A DNA stretch of 52,832 nucleotides, from NCBI GenBank assembly GCA_964246125.1, contig CAXTPN010000002.1, forward strand, positions 1 through 52,832, written 5' to 3'. The translations under genes were made by a program, and so were the position numbers. The DNA comes from an uncultured Acidobacteriaceae bacterium. GTDB lineage: Bacteria > Acidobacteriota > Terriglobia > Terriglobales > Acidobacteriaceae. The notes below the pieces were generated by a model. It was not told the DNA's origin. It worked only from the letters and a program-made list of their open reading frames with translations, and ran no database searches. Shown piece by piece: positions 18,504 to 27,865 of the stretch; position 1 is the stretch's first letter; every line of letters starts with the position of its first letter.

Positions 18504-19724
18504 CTACTCCACATAGACCTTTGGTTCAACAGACATGCCTGGACGCAATTTGTCGAGATCCTTCTGTCCGGGATTCAACCGGATACGGACCGGCATCCGC
18601 TGAATCACCTTCACGTAGTTTCCGGTTGCATTTTCCGGCGGCAAAACGCTAGTCCGCGAACCTGTTATTGCGGGCATGCTTTCGACGGTACCCGAAAGAG
18701 TCTCATGCAGTGCGTCCACCGCGACCTCCACTCGCTGCCCTGCGTGCATTCTTGCAAGCTGAGTCTCCTTAAAGTTTGCTGTGATCCAAAGACCATCCGT
18801 CTGCACGATCATGAGAAGCTGTTGCCCGGACGATATACGTGCTCCAGGTTCAGCACTTCGTTGTGTCACAACTCCATTCACGGGTGCGACGATCTGGTTG
18901 TAAATGACATTGAGATTGGCTTTTTCATAGGCTGCCTGCGCCGCCTCAGCGCTGGCCCTTTGGGTCTTGATGTCAGCATCCCGGATCGCAACACGGAGCG
19001 GCGCACTGCTCCGCGATTGCTCAAGCTTGCTCTTTTCTTGCGCTAACTGTGCCAGCCGCTGCTCGACAACCTGTTCCGCCGATGACACGGCAGCTTGATT
19101 GCCGGCCACCGTCTGAACCTGTGCATCCGCGGTCGCTTTGTACTGGTCATAATCAGCGTGCGAAACCTCGTGCTTATCAAAAAGGGTCTGGTACCGCTGA
19201 AGGTTTGCTTGCGCACGCACATTTAAGGCCTGAGATTCATTTTGCCGAGCTTTAGCTACAGCAAGATCCTGACGAGCAGCTGCCACCGCAGCTTCTGCTG
19301 CTGAGACCTCCGCTGTCCCCGATGTCAAATCAGCCTCATTGGCGATGCGAGTCATCGGCAGATTGGGACTCGCTGCCGAAACTTGAGCGTTGGCTTGATC
19401 GTATTGAGCCTTCGCTTGGTCAAGTGCCACCTTGTAATCTCTTGGATCCAGCTCGACAAGCGTGTCGCCAGCGCGGACAATCTGGTTGTCATCCACTTTC
19501 ACTGTTTTGATTGTCCCGTCGATCCTCGATGAGATCGGGATGAGATGGCCGTCAACCTGAGCGTCGTCCGTTTCTTCAGTGCCGCGAGAAAGAAGGAACC
19601 ATCCGACGACCAGAAGGACCAGTGCAAGCAAGACTCCCACCAAAAGACCGCGGTTCAGGCGGCGAGGTGGTATTGAGGCTGCTTCGGAGGAGCTGACCTT
19701 GTCGGTGCCAACTTCAGCGCTCAT
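18504..19724 (-). CDS. HlyD/EmrA family membrane fusion protein
   Basis: ETDDAQVDG, V..GDTLVELDPRDY, ANFKETQL, LPPENATGNYVKVIQRMPVRI. Likely start MSAEVG at 19724 after an AGGA element. Confidence 0.92.
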   Translation of the reverse strand: MSAEVGTDKVSSSEAASIPPRRLNRGLLVGVLLALVLLVVGWFLLSRGTEETDDAQVDGHLIPISSRIDGTIKTVKVDDNQIVRAGDTLVELDPRDYKVALDQAKAQYDQANAQVSAASPNLPMTRIANEADLTSGTAEVSAAEAAVAAARQDLAVAKARQNESQALNVRAQANLQRYQTLFDKHEVSHADYDQYKATADAQVQTVAGNQAAVSSAEQVVEQRLAQLAQEKSKLEQSRSSAPLRVAIRDADIKTQRASAEAAQAAYEKANLNVIYNQIVAPVNGVVTQRSAEPGARISSGQQLLMIVQTDGLWITANFKETQLARMHAGQRVEVAVDALHETLSGTVESMPAITGSRTSVLPPENATGNYVKVIQRMPVRIRLNPGQKDLDKLRPGMSVEPKVYVE

Positions 19725-21279
19725 TGCGTTTTCCTTTGAACAATTCTGGGAGATGCTGTTCTGCCTCGCCCATGGCGTGCGCCAGAGCAATCCTGGCAAC
19801 GTATTGGGAGAAGAGGCTGTTGACATAGTCATTGTCGGCGGCCGCGAGCGCCTGTTGTGAAGTCACCACTTCAACTGAGTCTGCGACGCCCACAGCGAAT
19901 CTGTCCTGCGATTGCTTCAGAGTTTCGGTCGCAAGTCTCCGATTGCTATCGGACAGAGTCACCGCATCGTTGGCAACTTCCATGTCTACATATGCTGTCC
20001 TTACATCCGATTCGACGGAACCGCGTAGGTCAGCCAAATCTGCCCGTCTCTGCCTCACAACCGCGTCCGCCTGCACAATGTCGGCTTCGATGCGTCCACC
20101 TTGGTAGATCGGGATATTTACTGCTACCGCTGCTTGAAAGACGCCGTTGCCATGATCGGGGTTCGTTCCTTGGAGCCCGTATGTACCGCTAAGTGAGGCT
20201 GACGGAAGACGCTGAGCGGCAGAAGCCTTTTTTGCTTCTTCTGCCGATTGAACCTGAGCTTCGCCAGCCCTAAGATCTCGACGCTGCAACATTGCCCGAT
20301 TCAAGGCATCCTCCAACAGTGGAGCCTCGGCAGGAAGGCTATCTAATTGCTCTTTTGGCGTTATCTGGGTGGCGAGCGGCAGACCAATGAGTCGTGCAAG
20401 CTGGATCTGACGTTTTCTGACCTCTCCTATTTGTGACCTGAGGCGTTGTTGTTCTGTCTGGTATTCGACCAGGCTGCGGCTTGCTTCGATCTGCGCCTTA
20501 TTCCCTGCATCTGCCTGGGCCTGCGCTTGCTCATAGGTCGCTTTGCCCAGGGCAACCTCGGCCTTCTGTCGCTCCACCAAGGCATTGTCGGCCAGCAACT
20601 GCAAGTACACGCCGGCAACTGCCAATACCACTTCCTCCCGCGTTTGCTGGGCCTGAAGAACCGCCGCTTCCGCGGCCCTTCCCTGCCCACGAAGATTGTG
20701 TATCGCCGTCAAATCCAAGAGACTTTGCTGTAACGCTCCGTGCAGGTCATAGTAGTGAAATGGTCCTACGGTCGTCGGGAATTGAACGCCGAGCCCCGAG
20801 CCGAAGGCGCTCGCGCTGAACCCCTCCGCTGCAAGATTGAGTTTTGCCGCATTCTCTGATGCGTTGATGGTCACATCCGGGAGAAAGGCACTCTTCGCCA
20901 ACTTTATCTGTGCCCGTGCTTGTTGAACCGCGAGACTGGATTCCACGATCCCAAGGTTTGCTCGAAGTCCGCGCTGGACTGCCTCCATTAGCGTAAGCTC
21001 AAGAACTTCGGGAATCTGTTCCGCCGTGGACACGCTTCCCGCGCTCGAACCCTGAATTTGAATCTGGACCCGCGTGGCCGCTCCCGAGGGCGCAGGCGCA
21101 CTCTGCTGAACGGCGACTCCGCTGTTCTGCCGACCATTTAGCGGAAGCTGTAACGGGGGCGTTCCCGCTCCATTGCCTCTGCTCTGCCCGTGCGTCTGGG
21201 GCGCGCACATCAGCGCAAGACAGATCATGAGGATTGCTCTGCCCCAATTTCGCGCCGAATCTGCATGCTGTCTCATCAT
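19714..21279 (-). CDS. TolC family outer membrane efflux protein
   Basis: Signal peptide, LTLMEAVQRGLRANL, two OEP-type helical repeats, IPIYQGG; in an operon with emrAB-like genes. Confidence 0.88.
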   Translation of the reverse strand: MMRQHADSARNWGRAILMICLALMCAPQTHGQSRGNGAGTPPLQLPLNGRQNSGVAVQQSAPAPSGAATRVQIQIQGSSAGSVSTAEQIPEVLELTLMEAVQRGLRANLGIVESSLAVQQARAQIKLAKSAFLPDVTINASENAAKLNLAAEGFSASAFGSGLGVQFPTTVGPFHYYDLHGALQQSLLDLTAIHNLRGQGRAAEAAVLQAQQTREEVVLAVAGVYLQLLADNALVERQKAEVALGKATYEQAQAQADAGNKAQIEASRSLVEYQTEQQRLRSQIGEVRKRQIQLARLIGLPLATQITPKEQLDSLPAEAPLLEDALNRAMLQRRDLRAGEAQVQSAEEAKKASAAQRLPSASLSGTYGLQGTNPDHGNGVFQAAVAVNIPIYQGGRIEADIVQADAVVRQRRADLADLRGSVESDVRTAYVDMEVANDAVTLSDSNRRLATETLKQSQDRFAVGVADSVEVVTSQQALAAADNDYVNSLFSQYVARIALAHAMGEAEQHLPELFKGKRNER

Positions 21280-21379
21280 GAGTTCCTTGGCCTTTCGTCC
21301 AGGAATTTCGCCAACCTTTCTTGAATCTCAATAAGTGTGGACCCGTAATGGCGCTCTCCTAGACGTACAGTCACGAAGT

Positions 21380-24300
21380 TCACTGGATTAGGTACCGATG
21401 AACTCCACTCCCCACCTCGAATGCCTTGCCTCCCGGCAGTAGGACAGAAGCCGCGGTATTTGGCGGGATCACGATCGTGAATGTGTGAGTCCCCTGCTGC
21501 CAGTCTGAAATGACAGTCCCATAAGACGAGTCGTATTCGACATGCAGTTGCGGCAAGGCCGCATCGAAGTGCGGCTGGACCACCAAGTGCCCGTAGCCTG
21601 CACGTTTGCCATCTGTGTCGATGCCAGCCGCCCGCCGGTAGACCCAAGCCATAACCGATCCGAATGCGTAGTGGTTGTAGGAGTTCATGCTCGGATCACC
21701 GGTATCTCCGTTCCAACGCTCCCACCACGTGGTGGCGCCCTTCTTGATCATGTAACCCCAAGATGGATACGTATCAGACAGCAGGAGCTTGAATGCAACG
21801 TCAGACCGATTATGCTGATCGAGCACGGACAAAAGGAATGGCGTTCCCAAGAAGCCAGTAGTGAGGTGATTGCCATGTAATTCGATATCTTTCACAAGGC
21901 GATCCACCATTGCGTCCTGAAGGTCTGCCGGGGCAATCCCGGTGAAGAGGGTCGCAGAATATCCGGTCTGGGTGTCTCCAGTGACAGAGCCGTCCGGCCT
22001 GATGTAAGCAGTCCGGTATGCCGCAGCGACGTGATCGTAAATATCCTGATATTTCCGAGCTCCTTCTGGGTCATCAACTGCGGCAGCCATCTCCGTCATT
22101 TCACGGGCAATCAACGCCCAATATGCGGTCCCAATAAGATCCCTCGGCGTGTTGGGGTCAGGAGCCAGCCAGTCTCCATAGTTTTCGCCAAGGTTTTGCT
22201 GCCGCAGATAGTTTGGGTTATCAGCGAGGATATGATCCATCCAACGCTCCATCGCAGGCCAAGCCTGTTCGATGACTGATCTGTCTCCGTACTGAAGCCA
22301 AGTCGCGTATGGGATGAAGACCCCGGCATCCCCCCAGCCCGGAGCGCCCGTGGTCGGGCCAAGCACATTGGGTGACACATCGGTGAATTCACCCTTCGGC
22401 GTCTGGGCGTCCTCCACATCCAGCATGAACTTATGTGAGAACGCTTCGATGTCGAAGTTGAAGGTGCCGGTTCTCCAAAATACGCTCGCATCACCCATCC
22501 AACCAAGGCGTTCATCACGCTGTGGACAGTCCGTCGGAATCGAGAGGAAGTTCCCGCGCTGCCCCCAGGCTCCCAGCTCATTCATCTTATTGAGCGTCGC
22601 CGAAGAGCTGTTGAGACGTACCGTGGGTGTTTCGGGTAACGAATTGAAAACGAGTCCTTCAATGGTCTCCAGCGTGGGCGACTGCACCCCAGACAGCTCC
22701 ACATAACGAAAACCGTGGAACGTGAAAGCTGGGCTATATGTCTCCTCTCCGTCGCCGGACAACACGTAAGTATCCGTGGCATCCGCGTTCCGAAGGTTTT
22801 CTGTATAAATGCTCCCATCGGGATTGAGGCGTTCCGCGAAACGCATCCTGACTACTGTCCCACGCGAGCCGCTTACATGAAGGCGAATGTTGCCCACCAT
22901 GTTCTGCCCCATATCGAAAACGGCGCCATGGACTTCATTCTGTGGATTGATCGATTTCGGCTTCAGAGTGACTGTGCTGCGAATCGTTAGATCAGGCTGA
23001 GCCGTGACCGAGATGTTGGGGTTCGGGGGTACACCAGTCGATGCCTGAGACCAGACGATTCGGCTTGTGCCGGCAGTCGCCCAGTTCTTGTCCAGTAGCC
23101 GTGCGTCAAAGGACTCCCCCCCGTAGATCTCTGACGAGTCGATCGGTGAAGGAGACGTTTGCCAACTCCCGTCCGTTGCGATCATTTCACGTGACCCGTT
23201 TGCGAGTGTCACGTCAAGCTGCGCGCGAAGCAAGTTCGGTCCTGGCGTGAGGCGAACTCCAGCCCAGGACAGTGGCGAGGAATACCATCCTCCACCAAGC
23301 ATGGCCGCGATAGTGTTCGTGCGGGGGGACACCAGTTCAGTAACGTCATATGTCTGAAACTCGACCCGTTTTCGGAAGTCGGTCCAGCCGGGCGCTAGCA
23401 GCGTGGACGGCGCGACAGGCTTGCCGTTGATAAAAGCGACATACGCGCCCAGCGCTGTGATGCTGAGCCGAGCCGACTTGATCTTTGCACCCACAGTGAA
23501 GTCTTTACGGAAGAGCGAAGCGTCCGTAGCGACTCGGTCAGGACCGGGGACAGGACTCTTCCCCGTGATGTCGCGGGCATATGCCAGAGTGATCGGGCCC
23601 ACCGCCTGCGCTGACACCCACGAGTCTTGTTCAGTAGGCCTGGCCAGCCAGTTGGCGTCGGTCACGATTCGCCGCTGGCGCCCAGTACGGTCTGTGATAC
23701 GGATAGAAGCAGCAATTGCAGCACGAGATAGTGATGCAACGCCGCCGTCTTTACGGGATACGCAATCCAGTTCGATCTCGTTATCGCCGACGTGAAGGAG
23801 ATTCGTGATCTCTTCTCGATCAAATGCTCCCCAATCGTCATGATGTCCGCTGACCTTGCCGTTGACACGAGCGATTGCTGCGCCAGCCGCGAGCATATGT
23901 AGGCTCGCTGCCTGAGGGACCTCATCGAGATGCAGACGATAGAGGAAATGCGCTGTACTGCCTGATGGAACGCGTAGAGTATCCACACCTGGCAGCCAGA
24001 TCCAGCGGATTGACTCGAGCTCTGATTCAGCAGCCGGATCCTTACGAAAAACCCATTGAGCTTTCCAATCCGAATTCGTAAGCAAGCCTGTCTCGAAGCT
24101 GCTCTTTGCCCAAGGTCCGCTTTCCCCTCTACCGTCCCACACCCTGACCGCCCAGAGGTATCTTTGTTGAGCTTTCATTGCCGGGCCGAGGTACGAAATA
24201 TCGACGGAGTCCGAGGACGCAACCCTGCCCGAGTCCCAAACGTCTGCCTTACCGGGAGCTAAGTGCCGCTCGTCCGTAGCAATGACGATTTGATATGCGG

Positions 24301-24463
24301 TCTGGTGCCAGTCGGACACGGTGGAGTTACTCCTCCAGGAGAATACCGGCTTCGGCGTACCGATCCCAATTGGAGCCGGCAGCGCATTCGTCCGTAGATT
24401 CACAGGCGCAGCCGCAGCGGAGACCCCGATTGCCAGAACGAAGATCAAGGCCACACTTCGCAT
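21380..24463 (-). CDS. GH78 alpha-L-rhamnosidase, secreted, multidomain
   Basis: Signal peptide; P.FSW..WDSGRV; DMGQNMVG; FTFHGFRYVE; IPTDCPQRDERLGWMGD; GATTWWERW..SYNHYAFG. AAGGAG before the ATG at 24463. Confidence 0.92.
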   Translation of the reverse strand: MRSVALIFVLAIGVSAAAAPVNLRTNALPAPIGIGTPKPVFSWRSNSTVSDWHQTAYQIVIATDERHLAPGKADVWDSGRVASSDSVDISYLGPAMKAQQRYLWAVRVWDGRGESGPWAKSSFETGLLTNSDWKAQWVFRKDPAAESELESIRWIWLPGVDTLRVPSGSTAHFLYRLHLDEVPQAASLHMLAAGAAIARVNGKVSGHHDDWGAFDREEITNLLHVGDNEIELDCVSRKDGGVASLSRAAIAASIRITDRTGRQRRIVTDANWLARPTEQDSWVSAQAVGPITLAYARDITGKSPVPGPDRVATDASLFRKDFTVGAKIKSARLSITALGAYVAFINGKPVAPSTLLAPGWTDFRKRVEFQTYDVTELVSPRTNTIAAMLGGGWYSSPLSWAGVRLTPGPNLLRAQLDVTLANGSREMIATDGSWQTSPSPIDSSEIYGGESFDARLLDKNWATAGTSRIVWSQASTGVPPNPNISVTAQPDLTIRSTVTLKPKSINPQNEVHGAVFDMGQNMVGNIRLHVSGSRGTVVRMRFAERLNPDGSIYTENLRNADATDTYVLSGDGEETYSPAFTFHGFRYVELSGVQSPTLETIEGLVFNSLPETPTVRLNSSSATLNKMNELGAWGQRGNFLSIPTDCPQRDERLGWMGDASVFWRTGTFNFDIEAFSHKFMLDVEDAQTPKGEFTDVSPNVLGPTTGAPGWGDAGVFIPYATWLQYGDRSVIEQAWPAMERWMDHILADNPNYLRQQNLGENYGDWLAPDPNTPRDLIGTAYWALIAREMTEMAAAVDDPEGARKYQDIYDHVAAAYRTAYIRPDGSVTGDTQTGYSATLFTGIAPADLQDAMVDRLVKDIELHGNHLTTGFLGTPFLLSVLDQHNRSDVAFKLLLSDTYPSWGYMIKKGATTWWERWNGDTGDPSMNSYNHYAFGSVMAWVYRRAAGIDTDGKRAGYGHLVVQPHFDAALPQLHVEYDSSYGTVISDWQQGTHTFTIVIPPNTAASVLLPGGKAFEVGSGVHRYLIQ

Positions 24464-24517
24464 CGCCGGACGCTCCTTACCCAACATCACCCTCGCGAAG
24501 AGAGACAACGATCAAGA

Positions 24518-24590
24518 TTGTTGCTCCCGATCTCGCGAACCCATAATCAGCCTTTTTGGCAGAAGCTGTCAAGTTGTGCGTATGCTGACA
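24518..24590. promoter_or_regulatory. Tandem operator (copy 3, inverted) with overlapping divergent promoters
   Basis: The minus strand reads TGTCA-GCATA-CGCAC (24590-24576) and TGACA-GCTTC-TGCCA (24571-24557). Minus TTGACA (24572-24567)-N18-GATTAT; plus TTGTTG (24518-24523)-N18-CATAAT (24542-24547). Confidence 0.7.
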
Positions 24591-24953
24591 TGCATCTCGC
24601 GGGACGGTCACACTGAAGAGCTCCCGTCTATCGTCCTGACAGTCTCTCTCGCAAGGGCAGGCAATCGACTTCTGTAAACACAACGTCGCTGCGGCGCATC
24701 CTTCCGCCAGCAGGATAGTGCCATGGCCGCCCGAAGCACAGTATTGTGAGTCTTGGGCAGATGACGGGCAGGATCGCTGAGGGCTCCGGTTGCCCTCTGG
24801 TAAACATAATGGGCGATCCAATCTCAAGATCTGCTATATCAGCGGCACTAAGTGATAGCCGATTGAGCGATCTCGAGCCTGGAGGGAGTCCACTTCCGAT
24901 AGCGAACGGATCGCGACAAGGCAAAGTCCCGGTGAAACACCGTGCCTTTCCGG

Positions 24954-25736
24954 CTAGGCAACAGTGCGCCCCCCATCGATGATGAGGATGTCACCGGTAT
25001 GAAATCTAGAAGCATCGGAAGCGAGGTAGGCGGCCGGCCCTTCGATATCCTCTGGAGTGCCTGGCCGACCCAGCGGAGTAGTAGCCGACATCCGTTTTAC
25101 GACCTCCGCAGTTTGAGGGCTACCCTCAGTCATTCCAGTGAGAATGAAGCCCGGTGCGATCATGTTGACGCGCACTTCATATGGTCCGAGTTCTACCGCT
25201 AGGCTCTTCACCATCGCCGCCAGCGCGCCTTTCGCACCGGCGTAATGCTCCATACCTTTGAGTCCATGGAAGATTGAGAGACTGCCGCAAACCACGATTG
25301 AGCCCCCACTGTCCCCGGCGATAGACCTATCGCGCATGTGCCGGGCAGCTTCACGAAGTGTGTAGAAAGCGCCGTGGAGGTTTATGCCCAAGAGCTGGTG
25401 GTACATCTCGCTCGTCATTTCCGGAAACGATGAGGCACGCGAGGTGATACCCGCATTGGCAAATACGCAGTCAACGCGTCCCATCGCTGCAACGGTCGAT
25501 GCGAATGCAGACACGACTGCCCCCTCATCCGAAACGTCCACACGCTCAAAATGCGTCCGTCCGGCCCCGGATCGCTTCAACTGGGCTAATACTGATTCCT
25601 GGCCTGATCCTTCTATGTCCCAGATCACAACGTCAGCCCCTTGCCGGGCGCAGCCGGTGAGAAAACCGAGCCCTATCCCACTTCGTCCTCCAGTGGCTAA
25701 CACTACGCGGCCAGTCAGATCGAAAAGGCTAGACAT
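24954..25736 (-). CDS. SDR family oxidoreductase
   Basis: TGGRSGIG, ANAG, catalytic YAGAK, VNMIAPG, IIDGG. Confidence 0.9.
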   Translation of the reverse strand: MSSLFDLTGRVVLATGGRSGIGLGFLTGCARQGADVVIWDIEGSGQESVLAQLKRSGAGRTHFERVDVSDEGAVVSAFASTVAAMGRVDCVFANAGITSRASSFPEMTSEMYHQLLGINLHGAFYTLREAARHMRDRSIAGDSGGSIVVCGSLSIFHGLKGMEHYAGAKGALAAMVKSLAVELGPYEVRVNMIAPGFILTGMTEGSPQTAEVVKRMSATTPLGRPGTPEDIEGPAAYLASDASRFHTGDILIIDGGRTVA

Positions 25737-25885
25737 AATTCACCGTCAATCTCTCGGCAGAAGTTGATTGATACTGGGTGTCAAATTGGTAGCCGCCACA
25801 GAATCCAATGATCGGCAGGCGACAATGCAGTCGGACAGCATCGCCTGAAACTCTTCCCAAATGAACTGAGCACCCGGGATGAGGA

Positions 25886-26320
25886 CTACCGTTCTCTCTT
25901 TGCGGTGATCCTTGTCTCCAAAGGCAGCTTGGCTTGAGGCATCCAAACCGGCGGTGGAGGTTCTCCCGTGACAGTGAAGACGATCTCATCTCCCTTCAGG
26001 CTGCCTCTGAAAAACACCTTTGCCGGACTATCTTCACCACGCCACACATAAAAACTGATCGTTTCTCCGTTGACCTTTCCGTCCCAAATCTCACCATTCA
26101 CAGGAGCCTCCGTACCCTCCGAGCCGGCCATCTGGAGCACGCCTGAAATATTGTTCCCAACCTGATTGATCGTTAGGGTCTGGCCTGCACTTCCTTGACC
26201 GGGCTGCTGCGGAGGAATCACCCATTTGCCTGAAAAGTTCACCGAGACTGCTTGTAAGGCAAACCAAATGAACGCCAATGCCCCTCGGGCTCCTGACAAA
26301 ACCTTGGCTGTCACAATCAT
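25886..26320 (-). CDS. Small exported hypothetical protein (beta-rich)
   Basis: N-terminal hydrophobic segment, then FSGKW..LTINQ.G..ISG..GKVNGETISF..FRGSLKGDEIVFT; ATGA overlap with the upstream gene. Confidence 0.7.
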   Translation of the reverse strand: MIVTAKVLSGARGALAFIWFALQAVSVNFSGKWVIPPQQPGQGSAGQTLTINQVGNNISGVLQMAGSEGTEAPVNGEIWDGKVNGETISFYVWRGEDSPAKVFFRGSLKGDEIVFTVTGEPPPPVWMPQAKLPLETRITAKRER

Positions 26321-27801
26321 TTGGACCTCCTTGGTGGTTCATCGACTGTTAAGATGAAACGAGCGTAGCGAGTCAACTGAGGCTTCCCTGAGTCCGTGAC
26401 TTCTGCTATCAGATGAATCGTTTCACCCAGTTTCGCGTCCCCCGGAACGGTTATGCGGACCGTTGATGTATCGTCGGCCTGCAACACAACCTTGCCCCCG
26501 TATGAACCGGCCTCTCGGTACTGCCACCACAAATAACTTAGGTGGTCGCCATCCGGATCGGATGAACCTGCGACACTCAGGGTCACCGTACTGCCTGCTG
26601 CAACTGTCCGGTCTTCAGGTCCTTCAATATTCACAATTGGCGGATGATTTGCATCTCTATATGGCTTTACGGACCACGCCGCACGGGCAGCAAAGTCATT
26701 TTGGAACGCATCTGCCCAGCGCCAAATTGGTTTATATACATCGCCATCGTCTGACGCATCCGTCCACACATTAGTTTGGTTCGGCTTCTCCGCAACGAAG
26801 CGCCCTCCCCATCCCCCATAACTGGGACTCTCGAGACTGCGCAGGCCGGTCGGAATTTCATACATGAAAGAAGGCGAGTCCCCTTCGGACCTGAACGCGC
26901 CATTTTGTGACTCATAAGCACCTGCGAGCGACCCGTGGTCGACGGTAATATTTCCTTCCATCCAGGGACGCTCAAAAAACACTCGCTTTGACGCGGGCAT
27001 ATTGTCAGCCCAAGCATAAGCGAGCACGCCAAACTGCTGGAAGCTCCCCACGATCTGCAGCTTCGGCCAGTTCGGTTCTATGTAGCTCCTTAACGTCGAG
27101 TCTTGATCGAGGATGACAAAGACGACAGCCTTACGGCTAACCCTCTCCATTTGGTCTGGGTGATCGCGTTGTATCTTCGACAGAGCCCGGGCTATGGTGT
27201 TCGTGCCACCCCAGACGTCGAGGTAAACCGGACCCGGCTTATCATCCAGCAGTAGCTGCACAATCTTGTCCGCTCCTGGAGAATCCTGCTCCATTTCGCC
27301 GGCAGCGGTAATGTTCCCAACATACACTCGGCTTTTGAGTTGATCGGGGGTCGGATACCCGTCGGCATTTGCGCGAAGGTTCGGATAGATCCGGGAATAC
27401 ATTTCCAATTGGCCGTGAATCCATTCCACGCCAGACCAGTTGTGTCCCAGCCAATGGAAAATAGAACTATTGTAGATAAGCGCTTCTACGTCAAACTCGT
27501 TGGAGTACAGCAGGAACCGGATCATGGATTCACGGTCATCGACTTCACCGTCAGTTGTGATCACGACACGTGGCTTCGGAGCCCTGACCGCGAATCGCGG
27601 CGGCGGCGTAGCAGGCCAATTTGGGACACTCGGTAATGTACTTGTTTGCCGAGCGGGGGCTTGTGCGAGCGCCGTGCACGGGAAGAGACAAACAAGCAGA
27701 AGAGAAAGCACGGTCCGACTGCGGACTACGCTGCGCGTTTTAGCGGATTGAATCCCCATTGATCGCGGAACGACCGTTGCGGGTTGATTCCTGCTTCTCA
27801 T
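26317..27801 (-). CDS. DUF1593 (nucleoside-hydrolase-like) protein with a C-terminal Ig/PKD-like domain, secreted
   Basis: PRVVITTDGEVDDRESMIRFLLYSNEFDVE, WGGTNT, SEGDSPSF, GGWGGRF, FQNDFAAR, ANHPP, SSDPDGD..WWQYREAG. Start codon uncertain. Confidence 0.85.
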   Translation of the reverse strand: MRSRNQPATVVPRSMGIQSAKTRSVVRSRTVLSLLLVCLFPCTALAQAPARQTSTLPSVPNWPATPPPRFAVRAPKPRVVITTDGEVDDRESMIRFLLYSNEFDVEALIYNSSIFHWLGHNWSGVEWIHGQLEMYSRIYPNLRANADGYPTPDQLKSRVYVGNITAAGEMEQDSPGADKIVQLLLDDKPGPVYLDVWGGTNTIARALSKIQRDHPDQMERVSRKAVVFVILDQDSTLRSYIEPNWPKLQIVGSFQQFGVLAYAWADNMPASKRVFFERPWMEGNITVDHGSLAGAYESQNGAFRSEGDSPSFMYEIPTGLRSLESPSYGGWGGRFVAEKPNQTNVWTDASDDGDVYKPIWRWADAFQNDFAARAAWSVKPYRDANHPPIVNIEGPEDRTVAAGSTVTLSVAGSSDPDGDHLSYLWWQYREAGSYGGKVVLQADDTSTVRITVPGDAKLGETIHLIAEVTDSGKPQLTRYARFILTVDEPPRRSK

Positions 27802-27865
27802 TCGACCCTCCCGGGCATCGGCAAACCCCTGCGGCCCCACGGGGAGTTCCCCTGGCATGAACGTC

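Noticed and set aside
25741-25790. CGGCAGAAG..TGTCAA upstream of the SDR gene as another operator copy
   Set aside because: The spacing does not fit the 15-bp unit or the 19-bp period, and there is no -10 box at N18.
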